NCBI GenBank assembly: GCA_040954595.2
Contig: CM082578.2
Location: 17,739,912-17,803,911, forward strand
Length of the DNA: 64,000 bases
Source of the DNA: Balanoglossus misakiensis
Taxonomy: Eukaryota > Animalia > Hemichordata
Direction of reading: 5' to 3'
Positions 36,996 to 50,600 of this stretch are shown piece by piece; the stretch's first letter is position 1, and the number at the start of each line of letters is the position of its first letter. The translations under genes were made by a program, and so were the position numbers. Under the pieces are notes generated by a model. It saw only the letters and a list, made by a program, of their open reading frames with translations. It searched no databases and was not told where the DNA came from.

Positions 36996-39900
36996 AAATT
37001 AAAATCATGCTTGCATTGGGTAAATTGCTTTCTCTGTCTTTGCATGTTCACTTTCCTTAATATGTCGGTTCTGAGACAAATGAATGCTGTAGTCTAACTG
37101 TAGGGGGCGCTGTGTGGTGTGTGTGTGTTACATGTAAATGTATTCATGTATTGTATGGCAGTGGGACTGTGATCACTGCAGTGTGAGGTGTTGGTCTTGG
37201 AAAGCTTTTGGTGACCGATAATCATCTCAGAAATCCTGCACAACAACCCGTTTTCTCACCTACTCATTTCAAACTGTCACCTCTGCTACACACAAACAAT
37301 GGCTCGGCCTGTCAAATGGAACAAAATCAATCGCCGCATCCATGCTGATTCACCTGTACACTGATATTGATCATCATTTTCGTACATGTCGTTTATCTTC
37401 ACTTTACCCTACCTGTCACTCTCATTAAATTTATTCCTCGCCTTTCATGTAGTTCACATCATTTGAGCATTTTGATATCGCCTATTCGTCACGAACAAGT
37501 TCAACAGTTCCATATACACATCCACTAACACACAAATCCCACCATCAATGTTTTATTTAAGGCACTAACACATTTTCCCCATATACTAATATTATCAATT
37601 CATGTACTGTGAATGGAAGTACAAATGTTTCATGTATTTGCAGACACGAAGTCCAAACTACATACATACATACATACCCATGACAAAGACAGACAGACAG
37701 ACAACAAACTAGAAGAAAGGCACACAGACATATGCGTACATGCTCATAACCCACATATCAACAAAGACTAAGTTTTGTCAACAGCTTTTCCCAGTAACAT
37801 TTCTTCCAAGAAACCCCCAACCCTTCAGTTAAATTAACCCTCAACTATCTTCTTTCAGTGGAAACACGCTCGAGTAGATGTGTGATGTGCAATTTGTAAT
37901 TACATGTATATTGATGTTTTGTGTCTTTAGTTTGCCCTGTCAGTTGTGTTCTGCCCAATACACCCATGGTAATCAAATCCCTACATGTTTTCTTGCTTGC
38001 TGTTCCATTGCAAATGATAGAATTTGATAAAACTGATACACAGTTGTTAAAATTATCATTTGGGTTAATTTTAGCATTTAGCCGTCTACCAAGAAGATGC
38101 TATCAACGAGTAGTTTATGTTATGACAGAACAAAATTGTAAATATGTCTTTTGTTGTTTTGTTTACAGCAAATGGAAATGTTGTTTAATATTGCTTTGGA
38201 CAGTGCGGTTAGGTGAAGACTGAGAACATCTCGGCCGTTAATTGGAATGAAGGATGTGGAACCCCTGTGTGCCCACTGCCGTATGCAGATGCGTCAGCTG
38301 ATCTTTCTGGGTGTATCAACACTTGATGAACACGCATTCAAAGTGTCTGCAGAGTTCTTGTAAATAGAGAGAAATGGTGTATTGTCACCTACAGGCCTAT
38401 GTTTGGCTTGTCTCAGAATGCTGCACAGACTGGCCAGAAACACAGCACATGTGATATAAATTTGGCCGTCTTGCTAGTTTCATAGGTATAGTTGTATCTT
38501 CCAAAAAATAGAGCATTTTAGTATAGAATAGAAGTGCAGAAAAAAAACTAATGTCAGAATGATTACAGCTTTTACCACAGAATGGTGTTCTTTTTTCAGA
38601 AATAAATGAGTATCGTCATATCCTGCCATCAGCATACAAGTCCCACCAATGAAAAAATGAAATGGTGTGTAAAGGACCATGCAATGTCTAAACCCAAATT
38701 AAAATTCGAAGTTGACTTGTACTGAACCTTTAGCGTGCACTGTGCAATTAGAATGAACTCTTGTTTCAACACATTCAGAAACCACCGTGTAAGTTAAATA
38801 GAACAGATTGCATTTTTGTACATAAGATTATACGGGTAGAAAGGATACATGCAGACTCAACAACTTTGACAAGGTGTTCCCCGTAATGATGTCGTACTTC
38901 CATGGTCATTGCCATATGACTAAAACTCAAAATTGTCTGTCTTCTCCCACATAAGTTTGCAAGTTTTCAAACCGCACGCACTTCACCCCAGATTCCATTC
39001 ACAATCTTTTTTAAACTTAAAGGTTATTTATCCAAAAAGGTTTAAAAATGATAGCATTTCAAAAGCAAAGTTGTTCATAAGTTTTAGTGCAAAATGCAGT
39101 GCACATTGTTCTGTGCTGGGCATCATTAAGCATTTGTTCAAATCAGAAAATGTCCTTTCCAATGTAGACTTTTCATGGATGTTATCATTGTAGTGTTTCT
39201 GTACCTTCCCAATGGATGCAAGAATTTGGATTCTGGAAGGGCTAAAATTGACAATTGCCTCAGTATAGCTGATAGAGGGCAGTGTTCCCAAATGACATTT
39301 TGTCTACTTGTCCTGAATGTATCAGGTCACAAGTACATGTATGATATTGACAGCTTGGAATTTAGACATTCACTAAAAAATATTGCTTTAGTCGCTTTCC
39401 CCAAGTCAAGTCTGTTTGGTATCCTTTTCGTCAACTTTTCCAGTATGTGCCTACTAATTGTAGAAATAGATAATGAAATGAATCGCACAAAATCAATGAT
39501 TTTTACTGGCTTTTCAAGGCTCTGTATACTTGTTTTGAGTGATAGTGGGAACATTTTTTGCTCATCACTTGCACTGTTTCAAAACTGGATTAATACATTT
39601 TTGGTACATTAGGATGTGATGTTCTGTGCAGATGAACAGAAAAGTCATGTTGTGATATGTTTTGTACAAGGATGAAAACTGCATTTGTATATTCCTGTTG
39701 GCTGCAAACGGATCTGGGAAATCTTGCCAGATGCATGATGGAACAGTGACAAACTTGTTTAACATGTTGTACACTGTTGTCATTCCAATAGAGTCAAAAT
39801 TCCCAATTCCATTGTGATCCTGTTGTTACCCAGGTTTTGTTCTGTATGTAACATTTATTTGCATGTGAAGGCAAACTTTTCATTCAATGCCGACATGACA

Positions 39901-41680
39901 TCCTAACAATCTCCTAATCAATTGAATTTAAGGGAATCACCCCCTTTCATATTCCATCCTTTTGGGGCCCATATCAACCCATAAGGGAGGGAAGGAGAAC
40001 AAGTGATGGAAGAGCAGGGAAGTTGTTGTACATATCTATTCCTGATGAAGTGAAGTGTAGTCTAATTATTGATATTCTGTAGTGACAGTGGTAGATCGAG
40101 AGAATAAGCAAGCACACAGTCACATAGACACACACACACACCAACACACCCACACACACACATACATTGTTAAACCAATTTCAATATTATTGTGATCAGT
40201 CTACATTATAGTTATGTGGATAGATGAAAGATTAACTTGAGATTTTTAAACATGTTTTAAGACAAATTTTTGAGAAACTTCAGCAATACAATCACATTAT
40301 GCCATTACATTCACAAATATTGTAAGCATTTGAAAGCTCATTATAACTTGCCATTCAGATTTGTTTTAATTTTATTAGTCGATATATTTCAAAATAGTTT
40401 ATGTGAACAACCACATTTTTTCTAAGTTATGAAACTTTTTGGTCCCAATGAATAGACCGGTCTACTTTGACAAGAATTATAAATAGTGCAACTATACAGT
40501 GCCTAAAGTGTCATTCAAAAACGATCTTTGTAAAAAGGGCCCCATACTTATCTTATGGAAGTGTAAATCTTTTGATGGAATTCATCTCAGTATTTTTAAG
40601 GGTTATACTTTTGTTCTCTGGGGTAGTTTGGTGCAATTTCAAAACAGTTTGACAGATGAAGAATCAGTTTTGACTTACTTGATAAAACAATGTATTTCTT
40701 CAAAAGCAAAAGCAACAACAAAATTTAAATTTCACAAAGTATGTCACTGCGAACGATTGGGAACTTCTAAATCCTTTCCCCAGCTATCATTGGAATATGT
40801 GCATAGAGATCATGTTGAACCCATTCTGTGTTTTACCATAGTGTTGATGACTTGCCTCCTGGACTGGTGTGACAACTGTCCTTAAAATTAGCAGTAAGAC
40901 AGAATTCACTTTTGTTTCCCAATAGTTTTTGCTCCTTAGCTTCACTTGAATACTTTCTCCGTGCAATCTACCCATGGAGTTCATAAAAAAATGTTATTTT
41001 GTTATTGAAAAGGGGTTTGGGGAATAGTTTCACAAAGTGCAGCTGGTTTTGGGTGTTTGAGAACACACACCCCTATAGAGTATTGAATTAGACTGAGTGT
41101 GCTTGTTGTTTGTAGTAATAAACAAGAGGAAGAAACCATTCAGTGAAGTGTATGGGGTGGGCAGTGATTTTCAAGGCAGAACAAAATTTGTAGCGTCAAC
41201 AGGTTCTACGCCTTTGGGTGTAAAGAAAATCTCAATTCATAGCAAGTGCAATTACCAGACTTTCTGAAATATTAGAGACGCCTGTTATGATCTTGTGAAA
41301 TTTACATTGCTTTTAAAGGTTTAACTTTTATTGCAGAGTATAGTAAATTTCTACAATGCTTAACAACTCATAATTTAATTAATAATGCATATTATATAAC
41401 TTTTTTTGAGTAGTGTTGATTTCAAACTTATTAGCATTTGTTCCATTGACTCTGTCCAAGCTAATCATAAGTATAGCCCAAGATTTGTCATGTGTTCTTT
41501 ATTTCCAACTTTTGCCATCATGAATTTGTGTTGTTTTGTATATTTTGTAATCTACAGTGTTATTTCCTGACATGTTTTCATATTTTTCAACCAAAACCTT
41601 CACTTGAGAGAAGCTGTTGGGTTGCCAAAAAGTGTCTCTCCATTTTGTTTTGAAATAAAGGTAATGAGACTGAAGATCTC
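36996..41680 (+). other. Probable long (about 4.7 kb) ERC 3'UTR
   Basis: CpG-poor, U-rich sequence with TGTANATA-like and TGCATG motifs continues to an AATAAA at 41654-41659. The composition changes just after it. Another AATAAA lies near 41117. Confidence 0.5.
41654..41659 (+). terminator. Candidate distal polyadenylation signal of ERC
   Basis: AATAAA preceded by U-rich tracts, located at the compositional boundary. Confidence 0.5.
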
Positions 41681-44600
41681 ATTGTCAGTAGCATTTATTT
41701 GATGAATCGGTATGGACGCAATTGTACCTTACGGGTGATGGATTTTTTTGAAAGAAGTATAAAGAAAACCGTCTGAGATGAACAGTCAACAGCGACATCT
41801 ACAGTTGGACAAGGCAGACTACACATTAGGGTTTGGGTGCCTACCGGCGGCCTTTTTCCACAGACAAGCTACTCTGACGCCACGCCGTCAGCTGCGTCCC
41901 TGTGGTAATGTCTCGCTTTAACCCTCCTCCAAAACGCAAAACTGTTTTCTATCCATAACTTCAAGCAACTCAGAAAATCTGGGTTCATTTTTTCTTGCTT
42001 TTTTCGTGGGCGTGGCGCGTCGCCTCCAGTCAGGTACAAGTATACAGTGAACTCGACTGAAAGGAAAGTCTCGTGATAATTCTGGCTCATAAAAAAAATA
42101 CTTGATCAGGTTTGTGTTGAAGACCCTAGATCTGGGCTTAGGGGTTCAACTTTTGTGATTCAGAATTTTTTTTTATCTAACTTTCTCTTTTATATCAAAT
42201 GCAAACTCTGGCTTCGCTCGTAGGATGCTGATCAGGCATGCGGAAATGCAATTATAATTCCAATGACATTAAAGATATTGATTTCTTCGTTCTAGTTTCT
42301 CTCTTTCACCTAAGAAAATATGGAACCGAAATGTTTGAAAGTTGGCGTGGGAATCTTGATAGGTGGAGTGAAAAGCATCCAGTTTGCCACGGGTTACTCC
42401 AGCTTACAAAGTCCCCCGATGCAATTTCATCAAAAGCCGCATTGACTGCAAAGGGAAACGTCGGCTAGTCTGGTTCTAGGGGGTTAGGTAATGTTAACAA
42501 CTTAGCGGAGATAGTATTTCATCGAATCGCCCGGATTAGCTACGTTTCACTTGGGGTTCTGTAAGCATGCAGACAGCACATTGGCTGAGACCGACATTCT
42601 TGGGCCGCGGTGCAAGCATATTAAAGACCGTTTTCTGAATAAAGTCAGGAGACTTAACGACCTTAATCCAACTCGCAGCCAATCGAGCATATCGTTTAAA
42701 CAGTCCAAGACCCCCTTCACACGAATTGCATGACTGCGTCCGAACATATAAGAGCCGAATATTTTAAAATGATAGGAGTAAAACAGAAGGGGAGGGTACA
42801 TTTTTAAAATTTTTAAGGCGTTATATGTATTTGAAAATTAATTTGAGTGATATGAATAAATGATCAAATACTGAAAAGAAACTGATGATAAGCTGTGAAC
42901 GACCACTGTGTCCCGCCGGCGCAGGAGGGAGTTCATGTCTTTCCCTCAGACCAAAATTAATAGTTCAAATCAACAGAGAATATTAAACAAACTGACTTAT
43001 GCATGAGAAAAGTTACAGGAATTTTACCGTGGCTATTCAGCAGTGATTTAACTAGTCTGCGCATGCCCAAAAGAGGATATATTTTACTGTTTTCATTGCA
43101 AACTCAGTTGAGTAATTCGGTGTGGGGAACTTTCAAGACCTTCGGTTGTTTTATAAACTGTGAGTTCAAAAAGTCTGGATATTTTAATCGATAAATTGTA
43201 CAAACATATGCGAACACTAAAAGCTTATTTTAAAAGGCCTGTAACACAATCTGGTGTCCCTCTTTCTCCATTAGCCGGAATAAGTAATAAATTCTACAAC
43301 TCAGAAATAGATGAGTATGCAGTTTTTGTTCACCATATGACCGATCTGTTTATCTTGTCCTCTGTAATGTCACAAAGTGCAGGTGTTAGCACGTGGAGAT
43401 ACTTGGTTTCATCCAATAACTCAACTCCGGATGAGGTATTCCGATACCGGCACCCCACTACCCCCCCCCCCCTTTTTGGCGAATCACGCTTCCCCCATTC
43501 AAGAAACGATATACCCATGTTGCGAATAGCTCAGGTGGTGTCAACAAGTTTGTTTGGGGTCCCCGGCGAGAGGGCACCTGCCCCATGCGTGGGTGAGCAG
43601 TCTGATAGTTAACCTCTGAGCCACTCGCGTAATTGTCAAGTTTGCCGCGCGATTCGCAGCAACGATCAGCAACACACTGTATCATGTAGCGGCGGGTAAC
43701 CATATCTTTCTGCGAGTTTAGCACAAAAACTCGACCGTATAATTAAATGTATTAGATTACTGGAGCCCATTCATTCCACTTCTTGTGAGGGGTTTAGCGC
43801 AGGCGACTCTCTACTCGGGTTCTCAGTTTTAAAAGTAGATAGGACGTTTTAAGACTTTAAACGGACGGGAATGTACCTGCGTTTGGATTTCAATTGACAT
43901 TGGACCAACAAGGACTCAACTTGTGCACTTACGTTTTTATCGCCGCCGTCTCCCACCAAAAAACCACGTGAACATTATAACCCAGCAAGTTATGTTCATC
44001 GAGGAATATGATATAGGATATTCTTAAAAAACGGATAACTTCCAGAGGTGGAGCGAGAGGATAATCCTTCGTTTGTTGGTAGACGGGTGAGTACTTAAAG
44101 GAACACCTATTCTTCTAAAGTCGCATCTAAAATACACCACCGCCGTTTGGAGAGTTTATACCTTTTGAACGTTTGATGGCAAATTATTCTTGTTGGTAAG
44201 TGTGTCGTGTTTTCTGTTGCGACCGCAGTCGGGTCATTCTCTCTTCTATTGGTCTTTGTTTGTCGAGTTCCTCACTATATATACATGTATGTGGTCGCCC
44301 AGGTTTTGTCACCAAGATATGACATTTATTTCTTTCATCAAGCAACCAACCGATCAATTTAACAATTTGTAGATTTTTTTCGGGGCACTGCCCTGGACTA
44401 GTTGTGACGTTCTCGAAGCACGTCACACGAGCGGCGGTGGAACACAGCGGTAGGATTGACTTACTAGTTTGGTTGACCGTTTACCTCCCTCCCAGGACAC
44501 TCTGACATCTAGGCCGTATCTGATGCCTAATTAATTGGCAACGCGATACCGGATTCTCACAAATTGTTAATTGATGTGCAATGTCCATCTCACCTACCAC

Positions 44601-47600
44601 TAGCAAAAAATAATACTAACCGGAATATCTGTGAATATTTATAGGGTTCATCCTTGAATCGAATGATACAGTATACGAGTGTTTTATAACGCCGTGAATA
44701 GAGCGTTGAATTCTAAGCACTGTGTGTAGCTGTTTACGTGTATTTGGAAAACACACTGCACTGTGTTGTGTGTATAACTGTTCCATATTTGTATCCCATC
44801 AGGGAAAGAATTCCCCGGAGTTCGATAGAGTCTCGGGTTTACCACTTTAAATGAAAGGAAATCTTCACATTTCTTGATCCAGATTTGTTGCGCGAGTGAG
44901 ATGTTTTCCCATAGGCAGGTGTACTTGTGTGAAATGACTGGCCGTCAAGCAGGCTCTATGGTTCACGTAGCATCAAAACCGTCGAGTGGAATGGATCGCT
45001 GCGTTTCTTCGTCTTGAATGCCGGCTGTTTGGCTTCGGCGCTCTGTTTTGTTGTCAGACACAACCACCACAATCGAGATAACCTGTTGTTCGCAGTGGTT
45101 TGTCGGCGGAATTTCGTTTTTACAATCACGCGCAGAAATGTCTGTAGTGCCTCGTTCTCTATTATACGTGCACCGGGACAGGAATTCCACACGTCAGTTT
45201 TAGTTTCGGGCCAGGACGAGGATTAAAATGTTTTTTTAAAGTACATAGAAACAAATAGCAATGCAATGGCTAATAGAAAACCAACAACATTGACTTAGTG
45301 CTCCACTCCGGACTACAACTTTCATATACAAATATCATCGTGACCAACAGGAATAACAAAGTTCTTTTGAACAGGTGGATAGCCTCCTCGGAATACACCC
45401 TTTTCGTGACCTTGGTCATGCGCAATGCACTTTGCTGTACTTGTGGTAGTGATCATAACGCTGTTGCAAGTTTCTGGTTGTTGTTTTTTATTTCGCTGAT
45501 GTCCATGTGGTTTTCTTCATAGGGTGTTGTTTTAAGATACAGTTCGACTTTCCATCAAGGTGTCTTTGTGCGTGTGAAATTAAGGAGAACTGAAATTCCT
45601 GTCACACTAGCCCCTACAATTTCTACTTCCAATTACTCGTGCAATCTTGGGCCTGTTCCAGAAGGAAAATCATTTACGGTCGCGACTGTATACGTCACCA
45701 TTAAAGGCATTTGCAAAATATTTCTCACAGGTAGCCCGTCATGTTTTCTGAAGATTTCAAGAGTTATTTTTCCGATATCGCTTTTCAGTCCGATTCTACG
45801 TTCCCTTGTAAACGGTTGTTTATGTTCTTGTGAGTTTCTTATCCGCGTCACAGTCGGCCGAGTCTCTGACAATCGTGATGTATCATTTTAATAAACCGCC
45901 TTGTCTCTCTCCACAAGCCCAGGTTTAGTTTACTCTTGTTTACTCCTCTGACAAATGTTGATCTCTGACATGCGCGAACTCAGTCAAAAACGGCACCACG
46001 ATCTGCGGTGTTTCCCCGGAGACTTCCGTTCACTGCGAGTGGTTAAAATCTACGATACTGTCAAGCATATATACAGAGTGTGTTTAACTAAAACAAACGC
46101 AAAGTTTCATTCATTTAACTATGCAGAAAATTTAGCGAAAGGAATTGAACTTCGACGTGGGTATCAAAATCCGACTACGGTGCAGATATCTACCACCATA
46201 AAATAAACATAAGTGGGATACATTAAGTGCGCATGTGCCCCCCCCCCTCCCCCATTCACTGATGAAAGTAAACCGATATGTGTCCCAGGCAAACCTCACG
46301 ACACACTATCACTGTGCACACCTGACCCAAAACAATGGCATATATTTATTTATTTGTTGCTAAACTTTACCGAGTTTATTGCTGGCATTTGGTTCATATT
46401 GCCCAGGCACTTTTTGTTGGTATACGTGTAGCCGTTGCACTCGAAACATTTACAGTGCAGAACAAACGCCTTAGAGGGTATTGTATTGTAGAAGTTGAAG
46501 ACAACGTCAGGTATATTAAGGGACCACACAAATACAGGTGTACATTTCGCTCTTAAGAATGACCTGGAAATAGAATGAATTTATCAAAGGGACAAAACCA
46601 GCAACAGTAGCATTTTTCAACGTTTTTGTCTTGGATTCGAGCGCTTGCTTTACAAAAAAACCCAGCACCGCACGAGTTGTGTTGACAGGCCGACCAATCA
46701 TTGGGGGAAACTGTAAAAGATGATGTCATATTTTGAAAGCGCATCCTAGTTCTCCAAGGAAAACCACAAAACAAGAAACATGCTGAAAGTTCTAATCGTC
46801 GAGTCTGTTATTCCCATTGTCAGTATGTATGAAGCTGTTTCGTCCACTTCAGATGTAATACAGAACCATGCGAGCGAGCAACACACGTTAGTGTAGCCGA
46901 GAATACAAATAATGCTCTGGGTACATTTCACGGCCATATCGCTCCCTCCTCGGAGTGACCTCAATTGTATGTGCTCATGCCACCCTGTGAATGGTTTTCA
47001 GCTCAGAGAAATCCCACTTCCGTTGTCATGGAAACCGGGCTCATTCGTATTCAGCGCGGGAGGCGACGGTGGTTGATGACTGTGCCCGGAGGTGTTGCAA
47101 AGGGCGGCATGAATGGGGCATTCTAAGCGGGACAATTAAGGATTGCAATGCGAGGGTTTAACACAGCGCACTAGAGTCACCGGTCGTGCTTTCAAGAAGT
47201 CAGAAAGTCCGCTGATAGTGATTAAGACGCACTCCTCGCTCCTATTGTTGCTTTTGACCTCTTCAACTGTTGGCGTAAAATCGGGTGTTTAACCTAACTA
47301 TTATCGTAGCTGTCAAACAAGTTCTTTTCTTTACACATTGATACGGTGTGTCCAGTTTGCTTTTTGCGATAGTTAGCCTTGGCTTTTTAATAGTCGGAAA
47401 TTCGTTGGCCATAAGTTACAAGTGTGGCGTGCATTTTTGAAGCGCATGGCAAGGCGACCTGAACAGCGTGAGGGGTTGGACCATATTCACTGCTGTCTGT
47501 GGTAGATCTGACAGCGCCTAAGTTTGAAGTTGGGTCGTGTGTGTGTTTTACCACTCACTTACACTTGGTAAGTGGTGGGTTCGATTGTTACAAATTGTAG

Positions 47601-50600
47601 GGACCAAGTTGTCTTAATTCCGACAAGTCTACTCACCCCAACGTGTCCTTTCATCACTTTTAATGGATCAGTAAGTGTTTAGCCTCTTATACGCAATGTA
47701 CATGGGCAGTGTCTGGGACTAATATTTGCCACTGCTATTTGTGTTTCACCACTGACACTAACTTAACCAGGTCTAGAACCGAAGTTAGTGGACTTTTAAA
47801 AAAAATCCAGCCTGTCACATGTCTCCATATATATTATTTTCTGACTACAAAATTTCGGCAATAGGTTCTGCGTGTAGGCTATACGGGGCACAATCAAATT
47901 ACAAGGAGTCGGGTTTGTTTGTATGTTCGTGGATGTATTGTCTCTCTCCGTGTAACAGTGTCTGTCATGCCCGTTGCATTGTAGATGAAAAGGGCCATTA
48001 AGACGCCGGCTGGTCCGACAACGCCTAAAAGAGAAGCGCGACCGCTGTGAAGGCCTCGTGTCGTCTGCAAGGTAAGAAACAATTCCAAACAAGATTAAGT
48101 TTGAAACAGGTGTGCCTATGAAAAGTAATTGTGTGATATTTACAGATTCTGCAGAAAATGGAAGTCTCGCGGTAAGAGGTTCCCCCCCTCCCCATATTTT
48201 CTTCTTTTGGGAACACCTCAATGTGGACGGCGAATGACTGGAACCTATTGCTTGTAAAGAGATACACTAGGCTTCAAAAATCTGTTTGTTCACGCGTGGT
48301 CTTGCTTAGCAAAACAAGCAAACCCGAAACTTTGGCAGGAAAACATTACAAGTTAACACTGGTCTCGTGTTGCAACTGTCGGCGGCTATGGGCGAAAACG
48401 TTTCATCGGTATTTTGTACATTCGCGAACTGTAAACTTCGGGAAACCGTTATTAGATGTATGTCATTTGTATATGCGTCGGGAAAATCTCAAATATACTT
48501 TCGACACATTGCAGTGGATGATGGGCGTCGTGTGATTTTAAGTCCTTTGACACAAAAACTAAACTGTTTAGGGCAAGTGGTTTGATCTGAGCGGCACCGA
48601 CTGCAAAGTTTCCTTTAGCGGTATGGTTTACAAGGCGGCCGACAGTTTGGGGTTTCTTTACTGCGTGGTTGAACCTTCCTGTCACCCGAGGCCATCTGGA
48701 CAACCGGTGCGAACAGTCTCACCACTAAACCGGCACAACCAGTCCGCAAGAATCCCATATGGTGACTTTGTGGCTTTGAGATCTGTGACAAAGCAACTCT
48801 GCTTTAAATAAATCATTTGGGGTGCATGTAAATATTTATACATGTTTCATTTTGGTGCAAAAAATATCAAATATGGCGCAGGTGGTAAATGAACCAAGCG
48901 CGGTCGTGGGTCAATGATGTGAAACAACTGCACTTCAGGAAGATACTTTGTGTCTCTGGCCATGCAGTGCGGTGAGAAGTTTCATTCTGTCTGACACCGT
49001 TCTGTCATTCACTTGAAAAGACCAAACACTGCCCATCCCACGTCGTGTGCAAGGTTGCTCGGTGTCTTTTCACCGCACCTTTTATCTGATCCTTCATCGA
49101 CCAAGAGAACCATTGAAGAAGGTTGCTAATGTAGCCATATTTGTTAACTTTTATATTGTAAAGCTGGGTCAACATCCACTCCGGGTTGGCGACGAATTGG
49201 AAGAGAACGAGGAATAGAGAAAGGGAAGTGGTTTATTGTCAAATTTTCAAGCGCCGAGCATTGTAACCTGAAGTGAGCACCCCTAACCTCCCATCGTAGC
49301 GCATTGCGGTTGCCACGGCAACAGAGTTCTTGGCAAACTTTCAATCCATCAACAGGTGAACGTTACACAATCTCACACCGGTTCGAAAAGTGGATAATTT
49401 TGACAACTTTCCCCGTTTTGTTGACTTTCGCACACTTCGGTCAACGTTTAGGGTCAACTGCATCTGTCAAGACGTGTCAGTATCGAGACGGGTTTATTTT
49501 TTGGGATTTTCAGATTGCCTAGAGACTATCGCTTTGTGTGCTTGCTCACAAAAAACCGACCAGCCGCCCATGCAGAACAACAACTGCTGCAATGAACGAA
49601 ATTGGGGGAAAAAAACCAACTGTGAAAGGGAACACTAACTTTGTGACCACATGTAGACGTCTGCACGCATTTGGTGTGTCGGCGAATTGTAATTGCTTTC
49701 AGTTGAATTCAACCATGTCGTTGGCGTAGGGACTGAAATGAGAAGAGAGATAATATTACCGAGTAATTCATACTTTTGCACTGAGTTTAAAACTCGTTTC
49801 AATCTCCGCCAAATTATGATCGTCGTTGACAAACGGGCCAAACCAGGTTTCACCCCTGTTCAAAAGCCACGACTGTAGAAGAAAAACATTCCAATGACGC
49901 AAATCTTTAACGTCAAACATTTGTTTACGTCATCGTTTTGTTGTTGTTTTTTCTCAACTTCGACAGTGCGAGATAATTACCATTCAAATGAAACAAGAAG
50001 TTTTTATTCTAAATTTTATGAACTGTTTTTTTTTTATATTCAACTGATGACGATTCTAGACATTGTTCTCTCGGTGAATCATACATTTCATGAAAATGGA
50101 CAATCTGTGGGCAGACACACAGATAAGAATAGAAGTAGACATGCTGATATACAGGTAGATAGTGTAAATGAAATCGGAGATGCATTACGCAGGGAGATGG
50201 GCGATCTATTGTTAAATGTCACGAGAACAATCAAATGGCAAGCTACCATCATATAGGATGAGTTAAAGGGTTTTGTTTATTTTCCACTGATAGGGTTTGT
50301 TAAAAATTTGATCGCGTGACCATTTTGTGAACAAAGAATATGGGTGTACCTGATAACTGTAAAGATGATACACAAAATCAGGGTGCTTGCTCAATATGCA
50401 TACTTTATTTGAAACGGCCTCAACACATTGTAAGTGTTGTCGGTCGAACCCACCGCACCACCACTGGCATCCGAGTGACTTCTTCAGCCCACCGAAGCGT
50501 TTAGATAGACACCGAGCTTCAATTCCCCATGCCACACACGCTCTTCAAACATTATGCAAATACGGACCATGAACCGTGCATTTATGAATTTACGAAGGCG

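Noticed and set aside
38933-39783. Overlapping ORFs of 72-145 aa downstream of ERC
   Set aside because: They lie in the probable 3'UTR and do not resemble the vertebrate non-IWA ERC tail or any family I recognise.
42547-45891. Medium ORFs at 42547-42801, 43160-43612, 44963-45190 and 45633-45872
   Set aside because: No domain similarity that I recognise (including Wnt, F-box/LRR or transposase motifs) and no consistent splice chain. Their lengths are compatible with chance.
43770-47600. SINE- or tRNA-like fragments (ctactcgggttctcagttt near 43810; gggttcgatt near 47577)
   Set aside because: Only short motif resemblance, with no A-box/B-box pairing, cloverleaf or tail.
47796-48221. Possible terminal exon on the minus strand (acceptor near 48065; TTRGLHSGRASLLGVVGPAGVLMALFIY...)
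   Set aside because: No recognisable homology, no partner exons, and the reading frame is ambiguous.
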